This document shows, piece after piece, positions 40,506 through 50,847 of a DNA stretch of 64,000 bases. Position 1 is the stretch's first letter. Each line of letters opens with the position of its first letter. The notes below the pieces were generated by a model. The model searched no databases, had not been told where the DNA came from, and saw only the letters and a program-made list of their open reading frames with translations. The position numbers were made by a program, and so were the translations under genes. The stretch is from Nitrospirota bacterium (GTDB lineage: Bacteria; Nitrospirota; UBA9217), in the NCBI GenBank assembly GCA_963840455.1, contig CAWIYV010000011.1, forward strand, positions 192,001-256,000, read 5' to 3'.

Positions 40506-40763
40506 TCACGCTCCTGCCTTCCGCCCCTGCGTGTCCGGGGAGCTGCCCGAAGAAGACCTCTTGTTCCGAAAAGAGAGGAAGGCGCCGAGGAACGCCATGG
40601 CCGAGACGAACAGGAAGAACCAGCCCGCGACCTTGAACAACAGCCCCGCAAGGCCTTGCCCCGCTGCCGTAGGATCGATCCCGAGCAGGAGCAGGCCAAG
40701 CGCGCCGATGATGGATCCTGCCGCCACTCCTACCACCGGTCGTCGTGATACGATCCCAGCCAT
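40506..40763 (-). CDS. Small two-TM membrane protein
   Basis: RBS AAGGAG; two hydrophobic segments. Confidence 0.55.
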   Translation of the reverse strand: MAGIVSRRPVVGVAAGSIIGALGLLLLGIDPTAAGQGLAGLLFKVAGWFFLFVSAMAFLGAFLSFRNKRSSSGSSPDTQGRKAGA

Positions 40764-40802
40764 CGTTGTCCGCTCCTTTCGAAATCTCTTTACAGAGGGT
40801 GT

Positions 40803-40875
40803 TGTCATTCTGATGGCAGCGAAGAATCTCACATTTCCGGACCGTTGCAAACCCTTCACTTCGTTTAGAGTGACA
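40803..40875. repeat. REP-like palindromic element
   Basis: TGTCATTCTGA...GAAGAATCT ... CCCTTCACTTCGTTTAGAGTGACA. Confidence 0.55.
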
Positions 40876-40984
40876 GTTTAAAGAAAGAGGTATTGGACTC
40901 ACTCCATCAGTATATTGAGTATATAAGGAAGCAATTCCGGGTGCAAATAAAAAGACACCCTCCCCGGGGACAGGGAGGATGTCG

Positions 40985-41435
40985 ATCGAAGCTCCCTGCA
41001 GCAAGCTGCAGGGAGCTTCGATCCTCACGGTAGTACTATTTATTTTGGGCCTTCTCCCTCGTGAGTGGGTATATTATTTCATTTTTTGCATATCCCCTTC
41101 GCGTCCTGAATGAAATTCCTGACCCGTCTAAGGCCACGTCCGCTCGCCCGCGCAAACTCGGCCTTCGGCCTCAGACATGCGCGTTCGCCCTGCGGGACGC
41201 TGCCTTAGGCCAAGACGGGGGCCCAGGTATTTCATAGGGCCACGCCGGGGACATGCGGGGCTTGGGTAAAGACCAATGCCTCTGACTTTCCAGAGGCCCC
41301 TACATCCCGTAAACAGGTCTGTGAATTCGTTCGAGATCCTAATGATTGTACCCACTTGTTCCGGAGACGACCCTTTATTCTAATCGCTCGCTAACCCCGC
41401 AGCAAGCTACGGGGAATGCGCTCGCTCCTGGATCC
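40985..41435 (+). repeat. Double-hairpin dispersed repeat, copy 8, split by a 327-bp insertion
   Basis: Left half 40985-41046 and right half 41374-41435 rejoin to the consensus. Confidence 0.9.
41047..41373. mobile_element. Non-autonomous MITE (ISL3-like ends) with an 8-bp target site duplication
   Basis: Imperfect TIRs GGGCCTTCTCCCTCGTGAGTGGGTATATTATT vs GGGTCGTCTCCGGAACAAGTGGGTACAATCATT (reverse complement); flanks TTTATTTT / TTTATTCT. Confidence 0.8.
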
Positions 41436-41474
41436 ATTACGAGCAGGATCGGTCAGTCTGTGCAGGTCCCGCGG

Positions 41475-42986
41475 TCAGACAGCGCCACGGCCGGCCCGGA
41501 GGGCCTTTTCGTGCATCCGGAAGACCTTGCGGAAATGGAACCCGTAGATGGAGAGGGTGATGGCGAGCGGGAAGAGCCGCGGCCGCCTGAAGAGCGACCA
41601 GAAGAAGAGCTTCCAGTACTGATAGCGCTCCCTGCCGATGATGCCGAGGCGCACCGCGGACTTGAAACCTGCAATGATGTAATTGAACCGGATCGGGCCT
41701 CGCCGCACCTGCGGCGGATGGTACTCCCGAAGGAACGTCCTGATGCGCGCATAATATTTCTTCGGCGAATAGATCGTGCCCAGGATCTTCCGGTAGCCGG
41801 CGATCAGCGCATCGGTGTTCATCTTGGGGATGAAATTGATGGAGAAGTCGGTGTTGTCCCCCGTCACGGAATTAAGGAGCCTGCCCTCCTCTTTCAGACG
41901 ATGATAGAGTTTGGTCCCCTTCGGCGCGTTCAGGAGCCCGACCATGGCCGTGGCGATCCCACTTTCCTGGATGAAGGCGATCAGGCGCTCAAAGATCGCG
42001 GCAGGGTCCTTGTCGAAACCCACGATGAATCCCGCCTGGACCTCCAGACCGGCGCGCTGGATCTTTTTCACGCTCTCAATCAGGTCGCGGTTCCGGTTCT
42101 GGAGCTTGCTGCATTCGGCGAGGCTCTCTTCGTTCGGCGACTCGATGCCCACAAAGACCTGGTCGAATCCCGCCTTGACCATGAGCTGCATCAGTTCCTC
42201 ATCATCGGCAAGATTGATGGACACCTCGGTGTAGAGCGCAAATGGGTGTTTCCGCTTCTCCATCCAGGCGATGATGGCCGGAAGCACTTCCTTCTTGAGC
42301 TTTCCCTTGTGGCCAATGAAGTTGTCATCAACGATGAAAACGCTGTTCCGCCAGCCCCGTGCGTAGAGAGCCTCGAGCTCGGCGATGACCTGGACCGCGG
42401 CCTTGGTCCGCGGCACGCGGCCGAAGAGCACGGTGATGTTGCAGAAGTCGCAGTCGAACGGACAGCCCCGCGAATACTGGATGTTCATGGAAGCGTACTT
42501 CTTCATGTTCAGCAGATCGAAGCGCGGAACCAACGTCGCGGAGAGGTCCGCCCAGCCGGACGCGGTATAGAGGCGCTTCGGCTGTCCCTTCGCAAGGTCC
42601 TGGAGGAACAGCGGCATCGTGAGCTCCGCTTCGTTCAGCACAAGATGGTCCACATGGCCGTAGTCCTCCGGATGCGCGGTGAACAGCGGGCCCCCGGCGA
42701 TCACCTTTACGCCGAGCGTTGTGCACTGGCTGATGATGGCATCCGCGGATGCGCGCTGGATGGACATGGCACTGATGAGAACATAGTCGGCCCATAGCAG
42801 GTCGGCATCCCTGAGCGGCTTGACGTTCAGGTCAACGAGGCGCTGTTCCCACTCAAGGGGAAGCATGGCGGCCACGGTAATGAGCCCCAGCGGTGGAAGG
42901 CTTGCCTTCTTGGAGATGAACTTGAGGGCGTACTTGAAACTCCAGAACGTTGTGGGGTATTGAGGATAGACGAGCAGGACCTTCAT
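41475..42986 (-). CDS. B12-binding radical SAM protein (DUF4070 type)
   Basis: PPLGLITVAAMLP, SRGCPFDCDFC, VDDNFIG, GFIVGFD. Confidence 0.92.
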   Translation of the reverse strand: MKVLLVYPQYPTTFWSFKYALKFISKKASLPPLGLITVAAMLPLEWEQRLVDLNVKPLRDADLLWADYVLISAMSIQRASADAIISQCTTLGVKVIAGGPLFTAHPEDYGHVDHLVLNEAELTMPLFLQDLAKGQPKRLYTASGWADLSATLVPRFDLLNMKKYASMNIQYSRGCPFDCDFCNITVLFGRVPRTKAAVQVIAELEALYARGWRNSVFIVDDNFIGHKGKLKKEVLPAIIAWMEKRKHPFALYTEVSINLADDEELMQLMVKAGFDQVFVGIESPNEESLAECSKLQNRNRDLIESVKKIQRAGLEVQAGFIVGFDKDPAAIFERLIAFIQESGIATAMVGLLNAPKGTKLYHRLKEEGRLLNSVTGDNTDFSINFIPKMNTDALIAGYRKILGTIYSPKKYYARIRTFLREYHPPQVRRGPIRFNYIIAGFKSAVRLGIIGRERYQYWKLFFWSLFRRPRLFPLAITLSIYGFHFRKVFRMHEKALRAGRGAV

Positions 42987-43055
42987 GAGAGCTCCTTTGT
43001 TGTGCACGTACAGCGTGCGGTGGATGCCAGGGTATCCGGAGTACCGCCGGAGCCG

Positions 43056-43170
43056 TTAAAGCTCCCTGCAGCGAGCCGCAGGGAGCTTCGATCCTCAAGG
43101 AACTATCGTTATTCTAATCGCTCGCTAACCCCGCAGCACGCTACGGGGAATGCGTTCGCTCCTGGATTCA
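43056..43170 (+). repeat. Double-hairpin dispersed repeat, copy 9
   Basis: Match to consensus. Confidence 0.92.
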
Positions 43171-43394
43171 GCGGCCGGATACAACGAAAACTATTATCTC
43201 TCTTTCAGCATGGCGAATGCTATAGAGAATTTTCTCTTGAATAACAACAGACTGAGGGTCCCGCACCGACCCGTTGCCAATGGCCAGCACTGTATCCGGG
43301 AACTTTTTCAGCGTTGCCGATGTCTCATCGATCAAGAGCCGGGAGAGGCGGGATCCTCACGCGGTTGACTCCAATTCAAGAAAGGAGAATCACC

Positions 43395-44204
43395 ATGCGG
43401 TATGCACTATCGGCAGTTCTGGCAGTGATCATGATGGCGGCAGGAGCGGCGTACCCCCACGGGGGCGATGGATTGAAGGGAGAGGTGAGCGTTGAGGTCG
43501 TCTCGGACCGGGGGATGACCCTGGTCACGGTCCCGCACAAGGACTTCTGGGAGAGAGGGACCCGTGTCATCAAGAAGTATCTGGAGGCGAAAAAAGGAGA
43601 GAAGTACGGCATCGTCATCCGGAACATGACGTCCGAGCGGATCGGCGTGGTCGTGGCCGTGGACGGCAGGAACATCATTTCCGGCAGGCGGTCAGACCTG
43701 AGAAGCACCGAGGACATGTACCTCGTGAACAGCAACGAGCAGGGCCGCTATGACGGGTGGAGGACCGACCAGGACACGGTGCACCGGTTCTACTTTACCG
43801 ATCCCGGTGACGCCTACAGCACGAGGACCTTCAACGACGCTTCTGCGCTGGGCGTGATCGCCGTGGCGGTCTACCGGGAGAGGGACCGGCCCCGGCCGCG
43901 GCAGGAGCTGAAGAAGCGGGACAGCGCGCCCGCGGCGCCGTCGATGGGGAGCGCAGAGCAGAGCAAGTCACTGGCAGCGAAGGACGAGGCCGCCGGCACG
44001 GGCTTCGGCGAGGGGCAGTACTCACCTGCTGTCAGGGTCGCCTTCGAACCCGAGCGCACGCCGGTCCAGAAGACCCTGGTCAAGTACGAATGGCGGGAGG
44101 TCCTGTGCAGGAAGGGCATCCTGAGCTGCGGACCGGAGATCGGGAACCGTCTGTGGGATGAAGGCGAGTACGCATCGTACCCGCCGGGATACCGGGAAAA
44201 CTGA
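43395..44204 (+). CDS. Exported conserved hypothetical protein
   Basis: RBS AAGGAG; signal peptide; VDGRNIISG, GWR, GVIAVAVY, GTGFGE motifs. Confidence 0.8.
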   Translation: MRYALSAVLAVIMMAAGAAYPHGGDGLKGEVSVEVVSDRGMTLVTVPHKDFWERGTRVIKKYLEAKKGEKYGIVIRNMTSERIGVVVAVDGRNIISGRRSDLRSTEDMYLVNSNEQGRYDGWRTDQDTVHRFYFTDPGDAYSTRTFNDASALGVIAVAVYRERDRPRPRQELKKRDSAPAAPSMGSAEQSKSLAAKDEAAGTGFGEGQYSPAVRVAFEPERTPVQKTLVKYEWREVLCRKGILSCGPEIGNRLWDEGEYASYPPGYREN

Positions 44205-44330
44205 AGGGGGATACAAGAGCCGGGCGCTGAGCGATGCAGCGGCCCGGCCTTATTGTTATGAACAGCTTCCGGACGCAGGGAGGTTGTCGGGTCCGCTCGG
44301 GGAAGGATCGTGGTTATTCCCGGGATAGGG

Positions 44331-45047
44331 TCACCGGGCATCGCCCGGCACGATGTCGGAGGTCAGCTGTTCCTCGATGAAGTTCCGCAGGAACTTCCGG
44401 TCCTCGTCCGTGATCTCGAGGAACTTCAGGCCCATCCCGGCTTCCCTCCTCACCCCGCCTTCCTGCGTGTGGCTGTAGAGCACGACGGCCGTCGCCTTGA
44501 TCTCACGGTCCTTGACGAATATCCTGACCGGTGTTATGGCGTCCTTCGGCCGGAGAACCGTGGTATTGAGGTAAAGCCCGCCTTCCGAGATCATCGTGGC
44601 CTGCGCGGCCCGATCGACATCGTCCACAACCGCTTTCAGGGACGTCCCCAGCCGGATATTCGAGCGCGGCATGCTCTCCGTAGCGGCCTGGATCTCCCGG
44701 TAGAGGCGGGCGGGCTCCACGGGCTTTGTCAGGAAGCTCGTACAGCCGAGATCAAGGCAGATCTTCCTGGCAGCCGCGTCCTTCTCGCCCGTCAGGACGA
44801 TAACGGGCACGTTCCTTGTGCGTTCCAAGCTTTTCAGCTTCTTGATAAAGTCGCTGCCGCTCATCATGGGGAACCGGAATCCGCTCAGAACACAGGAGGG
44901 GATGGTGTGTTCCAGGATCATCAGCGCTTCCTCAGGCGACGCTGCTGTCAGGATCGCGTACGTGAGCCGCGTCAGGAGCATCCCATGGTAGTAGCGAAGG
45001 GTCGTGCTCTTGTCCACGAGCATTATCGATCTGGTTGCTCTCTCCAT
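44331..45047 (-). CDS. Pseudo-receiver + PilZ domain protein
   Basis: REC-like domain without phospho-Asp (CVLSG); RSNIR; MISEGG; GMGLKF. Confidence 0.8.
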   Translation of the reverse strand: MERATRSIMLVDKSTTLRYYHGMLLTRLTYAILTAASPEEALMILEHTIPSCVLSGFRFPMMSGSDFIKKLKSLERTRNVPVIVLTGEKDAAARKICLDLGCTSFLTKPVEPARLYREIQAATESMPRSNIRLGTSLKAVVDDVDRAAQATMISEGGLYLNTTVLRPKDAITPVRIFVKDREIKATAVVLYSHTQEGGVRREAGMGLKFLEITDEDRKFLRNFIEEQLTSDIVPGDAR

Positions 45048-45126
45048 AGGTTCTACTCCTTTTCGCGCTGAGCTCCCAGGAGCGCACAGGTACCCCGTTC
45101 CCTTTATCATAAGGAATGCCGCTGTG

Positions 45127-46875
45127 CTACCGCAGCTTGATCTTTCCGCCGGCCGAGGACCCCGCTTCCTTGATCAGGCTGTTCAGCCGGTCCTGCAGTC
45201 CGTCGAGCTTGCCTCCCTGGCTGCCGAGCCCGCCCAGCCCCTCTTTCAGGCCGGCGAGCTTTACCTCCGTCTTCTCCTGCACGGCCTGCCTCAGTTCCTT
45301 CTCGAGCCGGTCGCGGTGTTCACGCACCACGCCGCCCGCGGCGTCCCGCATGACCCGATCGAGGTCCGAGGAGATGCGCACCCCGTAGTTCTCCGGCGTG
45401 CCCGTGACGTCGACCGTAAGCGAGAACGACGAGACCTTCGCCAGCGACGAGCGGATGGCGTTCGCGAACGCCCCGCCGGACCCGTCGCCGCCCGCGTTCA
45501 GCCGCACGCCCTTCACCAGGGCAACACACCGGGCCGATACCGTTTTCGCATCGCGCCTGCCCTTCACCTCCAGGTCCATCACGCCCTCCTGCAGACTGAC
45601 CGGAAGGGACGCGGCAGACGAAAGCACGAGGTTGCTCGCCCGGTAGCCGCGGACTGCGACCTCCATGGTGTCGTCGGGAAGGTCCGCCTTCCGGTGGTCC
45701 AGGGTGCCGGTGATGTCCGCGGCCTGGGCCTCCTTCAGCCCGCTGCCGGTGAAGGCGAAGGTGAGCGGCTTTCCGAGCACGTCCTGGTCGGGCGTGATGT
45801 TCCGGATGGTGCCCGTGAACGTGCCCGCCTCGGGCTGCAGCGAGGCCTTGATGGTGCTGATCAGGAAGTCGGGCAGCGGCCGCTCCTCCTTGAACCGCAC
45901 ATCGACTCCCTTCCCGCGCAGGGGCTTCGCTGTCTGCACGTTCCCCTTCTTCTCGCCCGAACGCTCGAACAGCGGCTTGAGCCTGCCGTACCAGAGCACG
46001 CCCTTGTCGATCCATCCGCGGACGGACCCGCCGAAGAGCGTCTGGCTCAGATTCGCGAGCCCTTCCGAGGAGATGCTGTACTTGTCCGCGATGCGCCGGA
46101 TGTCCTCCACCGGGGACCGCTCCGCCTTCTCGACGAGCGCCTTCGCGGCAGCGAGGTCCGTGCCGAACGCGGCTTTCGCCTTTTTCACAGTGTCCAGATC
46201 GCGGTTCAGGTCCTTGGTGAGCGCCAGCGCGTTGGCACCAGCGCTCGTCAGCCCCTTGATGCCGCCCTTCTGCGCCTCTTTCAATTTCTTGATACGCTCC
46301 TGATAAGCGTCAAGCGCGGTCTTGTCCGGAAGGGACGCCATCTGCTTCTGCCAGGCGTCGCTCTTCTTCTTGAGGTCCGCCTGCGCCTGCTCGATAAGCG
46401 CAGGAGACTCGAGCTTCTCCTCCTGCAGGACCTTCTTCACGTCCGGCATAGTGAAGGACGGCAGGGCGGATTCCTTCTTCTTTTCCTCCTGCGGCTTCGG
46501 CGGCGGCACCACGACCTTGCCCGGCCGCTTGCGTGCCGTGCCGAAACGCACGCCCTCGGCCGCCATCTCGTCAATGATCACCTTACGCCGAAACAGGTTC
46601 AGGCTGTCGAGCCGGAAGGCGATGCGCAAGACCTCGATGCTGTTGGTCGACGGCGCCGAAGGGTCCGTCACCTGCAGCCCCGACAGTGTGACGCCGAGCG
46701 GGACGAGCGTCACCTGTGCACGGGCGAGGTCCACCTCCGCTCCCATGAGCGCGGTGCCCGCCTTCTCGACGGCACGCCGGACGAGCGTGTCCATGAGCAG
46801 GAACCACAGCGCGACGGTAACGACAACGAAGATAGTGAAGCCGATCAGCCCCGGCCAGCGTATCCAGCGCTTCAT
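45127..46875 (-). CDS. TIGR03545 family protein
   Basis: MKRWIRWPGL N-terminal anchor; R.KG.DVRFKE..PLPDFLI; coupled to the TIGR03546 gene. Confidence 0.85.
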   Translation of the reverse strand: MKRWIRWPGLIGFTIFVVVTVALWFLLMDTLVRRAVEKAGTALMGAEVDLARAQVTLVPLGVTLSGLQVTDPSAPSTNSIEVLRIAFRLDSLNLFRRKVIIDEMAAEGVRFGTARKRPGKVVVPPPKPQEEKKKESALPSFTMPDVKKVLQEEKLESPALIEQAQADLKKKSDAWQKQMASLPDKTALDAYQERIKKLKEAQKGGIKGLTSAGANALALTKDLNRDLDTVKKAKAAFGTDLAAAKALVEKAERSPVEDIRRIADKYSISSEGLANLSQTLFGGSVRGWIDKGVLWYGRLKPLFERSGEKKGNVQTAKPLRGKGVDVRFKEERPLPDFLISTIKASLQPEAGTFTGTIRNITPDQDVLGKPLTFAFTGSGLKEAQAADITGTLDHRKADLPDDTMEVAVRGYRASNLVLSSAASLPVSLQEGVMDLEVKGRRDAKTVSARCVALVKGVRLNAGGDGSGGAFANAIRSSLAKVSSFSLTVDVTGTPENYGVRISSDLDRVMRDAAGGVVREHRDRLEKELRQAVQEKTEVKLAGLKEGLGGLGSQGGKLDGLQDRLNSLIKEAGSSAGGKIKLR

Positions 46876-47399
46876 GCCTGGCCTCCCCACCCCCATCCGG
46901 AGACCTTGGAATAGATGTCGTAGAACTTGCTCAACCTGATGGCCTGCATCAGGCGCGTCTTCCTGACCCACGCCACCACATGCTCCCGGTAGCGCCGGAT
47001 CAGCGCGTTCGACAGGAACACGAGGGGAACAAAGCACAGGACACCGAAGACCAGACCACCCATCACCACGGAGTTGTTGAACCGCTGGATCCGCCAGATC
47101 GTCGAGTTGTACAGCGCCGTCCAGAGGCCTTCGAGCGGCGCCGCGGTCAAAAGTGCGAGCCCGATGCGGTGGAGCAGCGGGTCGAGCAGATAGGCGATGC
47201 CGGTGAAGAAGGCCGTTCCCAGAAAGTAGGCGGAGAGGTTGACTCTCAGAATGAATACGATGAACAGGACCAGCAGGCTCAAGGGGGAAATGAAAGGCAG
47301 GAGGCCCGAGACCAGGGCGAACCCGAGCGCCAGGCTGATCTGTGAGGGATCGGCATCGGAATTCAGGATCTTCAGCAGGTTCGCGATCATCTTGATCAT
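46872..47399 (-). CDS. TIGR03546 family membrane protein
   Basis: LNS...P.QI, LRVN, RFNNSVVMG. Confidence 0.85.
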   Translation of the reverse strand: MIKMIANLLKILNSDADPSQISLALGFALVSGLLPFISPLSLLVLFIVFILRVNLSAYFLGTAFFTGIAYLLDPLLHRIGLALLTAAPLEGLWTALYNSTIWRIQRFNNSVVMGGLVFGVLCFVPLVFLSNALIRRYREHVVAWVRKTRLMQAIRLSKFYDIYSKVSGWGWGGQA

Positions 47400-47595
47400 G
47401 GCCGTCCTCCTCGCAGGGACCTCGGTGCGGTCCCGGCATAGATAGTAGTCTATCAGACCATCCCCATTGTGTCAAAGCCCGGGGTTACGCACGGAATGAA
47501 CGCGTTCATTCCCGGGAGTGCACGCTATTGGCTTTGCCGGCCGAAACCTCTATAATGCGCCATTCGCGATGCGATCCGGCAAGCAGGAGGATGAT

Positions 47596-48702
47596 ATGAA
47601 CGAAGGGGCCAAGGTTATCGGGAAAAGCGCTGATGCCGTTCGGGAGATACGGATCAATCCCATCGTACCGAGCCAGTCCGTGCTTGTGGCCACGGCACGG
47701 AGCATGCGGCCCAAGAAGGAAGAGCCGCCCGCGCCCCACGACGCACGGCCGCACGTGGATGCCTGCCCCTTCTGCCGCGGGAACGAGATGAGGACGCCGC
47801 CGCCGATCGCCCAGGTCCCCGCGAACGACGACTGGCAGCTCCGCATCGTTGAAAACCTCTACCCCGTGCTTGGGGATGACCGGGAGAACCCGCATTTCGC
47901 CTTCGGCCTGCAGCAGACCATCGACGGCTACGGGCGGCACGAAGTGATCATCGACCACTCCTCCCACGGTATCAGGGTCCATGAGATGAGCGAGGAGCAT
48001 CTTGTCCTTCTGCTGTCAACGTACCGCGGGAGGATGGAGACGCTCTATCATTCCAACGACCGGTTGAAATACGTGCTCGTGTTCAAGAATTTCGGCCCCG
48101 CAGCGGGCGCGAGCATCGGCCACACCCACAGCCAGATCATCGCCATGCCCGTGGTACCGGACAACGTTCAGGCAGAGGTCAGGAACAGCTCCGCCTACTA
48201 TCAGGCCTCGCACCGCTGCATCTTCTGCAGCCTGATCGATGAGGCACTCACCTTCGAAGCGACGCTCTATGACCGGGGATCGGGCGAGGTGCGGCGAACG
48301 ATCAGCGTCGGTCAGTTCGTGATCGAGCGAAGCGAACGGTTCGTCGCCATCAAGCCCTTTGCCAGCCGCTATGAGTGGGAGGTCCATATCCTGCCGCTCG
48401 CACATGGCGCTGACTTCCTCGATGCGAACCCCGAGGACCTCGTTGACCTGGCCCGGATATTCCGGAGGACCATGGCGCGGCTGAATGACGTGCTTGGCGG
48501 CGTCCAGTACAATTTCTTCCTTCACTCCCTGCCCCACGGCAGAGAGTACGCGGGGTGCGCGCCATCCTATCACTGGCACATCGAGATCTGCCCGCGGACC
48601 AGCATCCCGACGGGCTTCGAGCTTGGGTCCGGCCTGTTCGTGAACACCATTTGCCCCGAGGACGCTGCCGAGCGGCTCCGGCACGTGGTACTGCGCGGAT
48701 GA
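47596..48702 (+). CDS. galT: Galactose-1-phosphate uridylyltransferase family protein
   Basis: CPFC.GNE, NLYP, G.HEVII, AGASIGHTHSQ. Confidence 0.88.
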   Translation: MNEGAKVIGKSADAVREIRINPIVPSQSVLVATARSMRPKKEEPPAPHDARPHVDACPFCRGNEMRTPPPIAQVPANDDWQLRIVENLYPVLGDDRENPHFAFGLQQTIDGYGRHEVIIDHSSHGIRVHEMSEEHLVLLLSTYRGRMETLYHSNDRLKYVLVFKNFGPAAGASIGHTHSQIIAMPVVPDNVQAEVRNSSAYYQASHRCIFCSLIDEALTFEATLYDRGSGEVRRTISVGQFVIERSERFVAIKPFASRYEWEVHILPLAHGADFLDANPEDLVDLARIFRRTMARLNDVLGGVQYNFFLHSLPHGREYAGCAPSYHWHIEICPRTSIPTGFELGSGLFVNTICPEDAAERLRHVVLRG

Positions 48703-48763
48703 ATTAACGGATGTATCACACGTTCTCAACGCGGACAGGGAACGGGTAAAGCAGGAGGGAGGC

Positions 48764-48798
48764 AAAAAAAAAGCAGGCCCCGGAAAACCGGGACCTGC
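48764..48798 (-). terminator. Rho-independent terminator
   Basis: GCAGG...CCGG/CCGG...CCTGC stem with a T-tract on the minus strand. Confidence 0.7.
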
Positions 48799-48913
48799 TG
48801 AATTCAGGAGCGAGCGCAATCCCCGCTGCTTGCCGAGGGATTAGCGAGCGATTAGAATACGATAGTTCCCTGAGAATCGAAGCTCCCTGCAGCTTGCTGC
48901 AGGGAGCTTCAAT
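48799..48913 (-). repeat. Double-hairpin dispersed repeat, copy 10
   Basis: Match to consensus. Confidence 0.92.
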
Positions 48914-48928
48914 GGACTGGTCGAAAGA

Positions 48929-49129
48929 TCAGATCTTTACGACATTGGCTGCCTTGGGGCCCTTGGGCGATTCGACGATGTCGAACTGCACCTGCTGGCC
49001 CTCGGCGAGCGACTTGAAGCCGCTGTCCTGAATGTCGCCGAAATGAACGAACACGTCAGCGCCACCTTCACGGGAAATGAAGCCAAAACCCTTGGCATCA
49101 TTGAACCACTTCACGGTTCCGGTTATCAT
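48929..49129 (-). CDS. Cold-shock protein
   Basis: GTVKWFN.AKGFGFI, DVFVHF. Confidence 0.97.
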   Translation of the reverse strand: MITGTVKWFNDAKGFGFISREGGADVFVHFGDIQDSGFKSLAEGQQVQFDIVESPKGPKAANVVKI

Positions 49130-49359
49130 GGTGAGCTACCTCCTTCTGTGAAATTGAAGATGACGGAGCGTTGTACAACAAAAAACCGCAAGGACGAAAA
49201 GTCATTGCGGTTTTCCCAACAAATAACTTCCGAAACTTCTGTACTAAATAATGCCACTCTTAGGCAAGGAAGTCAAGCCTTATTTCCCTCATGCATATCT
49301 CCGCCTGCGCTATCCAAGCCCCTGTTGCTCCCCCTCACATTGATCCGCTTCTTACCCTA

Positions 49360-50359
49360 TTACGCCTGCCCCGCCGAGCCCAGCACTTCCTTGTTCTTGT
49401 GAACGATCATCTTGATGAGCTCGTCGCGGGCCGGGCCGAGGTACTTCCGCGGATCGAACTCGGCAGGCTTCTCGGCCAGGGTCTTGCGGATCATGGCAGT
49501 CATGGCCAGCCGGCCGTCGCTGTCGATGTTCACCTTGCAAACAGCGCTCGTGGCGGCCCTGCGGAGCTGCTCTTCGGGGATGCCCACGGCGTCCTTCAGC
49601 TTGCCGCCGTTCGTGTTGATGATCTGCACGTAGTCGGGGATCACCGACGACGCTCCGTGGAGCACGATGGGAAATCCCGGGATGCGCTTCTCGATCTCCT
49701 CGAGAATGTCGAACCGGAGCGGCGGCGGGACGAGCACGCCGCGGCTGTCGCGGGTGCACTGCTCCGGCTTGAACTTCATTGCCCCGTGGGAGGTGCCGAT
49801 CGATATGGCCAGGGAGTCCACCCCGGTCTTCTTCACGAAGTCCTCGACCTGCTCGGGCTTGGTGTACGTGGACTTGTCCGCGACCACCGCGTCCTCAATG
49901 CCGGCCAGCACGCCGAGCTCGCCTTCAACGGTCACGTCGAACTTACGGGCGTATTGCACCACCTTTTTGGTAAGCTTGACGTTGTCCTCGATAGGAGTGG
50001 TGCGAGCCGTCGATCATGACCGACGAGAAGCCGGAATCAATGCAGGACTTGCAGAGCTCGAAGGTGTCGCCGTGATCCAGGTGCAGGGCGAACTTCACCG
50101 GCGATTTCGCGTCCTTGATCATGGCCACCGCGCCCATTGCCAGGAAGCGGAGAAGCGTCTGGTTGGCATATTTTCGCGCACCGCTCGAGACCTGCAGGAT
50201 AAAGGGCGACTTCGATTCAACGCACCCCATCACGATGGCCTGCAACTGCTCCATGTTGTTGAAGTTGTAAGCGGGGATGGCATACTTCCCCTCCATGGCC
50301 TTCTTGAACATCCTGCGGGTGTTCACCAGACCGATGTCCTTCCACGAGACCTTCTTCAT
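49360..50359 (-). CDS. fba: Class II fructose-1,6-bisphosphate aldolase, frameshifted near 49990
   Basis: HLDHG, SSVMIDGSH, VEGELG, GTSHG, VLHGAS, KVNIDSD; one extra base in TAT-C-GAG. Confidence 0.9.
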
Positions 50360-50465
50360 GATGCGCTCCTTCTGCTGACAAAGATGGATGTGACCATGTA
50401 AAACGCCACAATCATACCACGGCGCCGTGATGGACTGCAAGGGCCGTTCATGTCCCCCGAAAGCT

Positions 50466-50810
50466 TCATTTCTTAGGTGCGCACATCGGCAGCTTCGGGC
50501 ATTGCACCGGGCTTCCCGATCCCTTCGGGCAGGCGCCATTCACAGGTTCCCCGCAATTGGAAGGACCAAAATCCTTCGCGTCCTGCGACAGGAAGCAGCA
50601 TCTGACCGGCGCCTCAACGTGGACTACACAACACTCCTGCTTCTCCCCGCAGTCCTCGAAATCACCCGCCTCAGCCCGCTCATTCCCAACGCAGGTGTCC
50701 CGGCATTTCCCGCTCATCATGGAGCAGGACTCCGAAGCAAGAACGGCAGATGGAACGGCCAGCGCCAGAACGACGAGGCACGGCATAGCGAACTTTCGGA
50801 TGCGCTGCAT
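50466..50810 (-). CDS. Small secreted 12-Cys protein
   Basis: RBS GGAGGAG; signal peptide; two six-Cys modules. Confidence 0.75.
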   Translation of the reverse strand: MQRIRKFAMPCLVVLALAVPSAVLASESCSMMSGKCRDTCVGNERAEAGDFEDCGEKQECCVVHVEAPVRCCFLSQDAKDFGPSNCGEPVNGACPKGSGSPVQCPKLPMCAPKK

Positions 50811-50847
50811 AAGGCTCCTCCCTCCCCCTGCGGTCGGCCGTACCGCG

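Noticed and set aside
45127-47475. 782-aa version of the TIGR03545 ORF
   Set aside because: The N-terminal extension overlaps the TIGR03546 gene; the credible start is ATG 46875.
49182-49214. Hairpin in the cold-shock gene leader as a distinct ncRNA
   Set aside because: Consistent with an ordinary structured csp 5' UTR; no further evidence.
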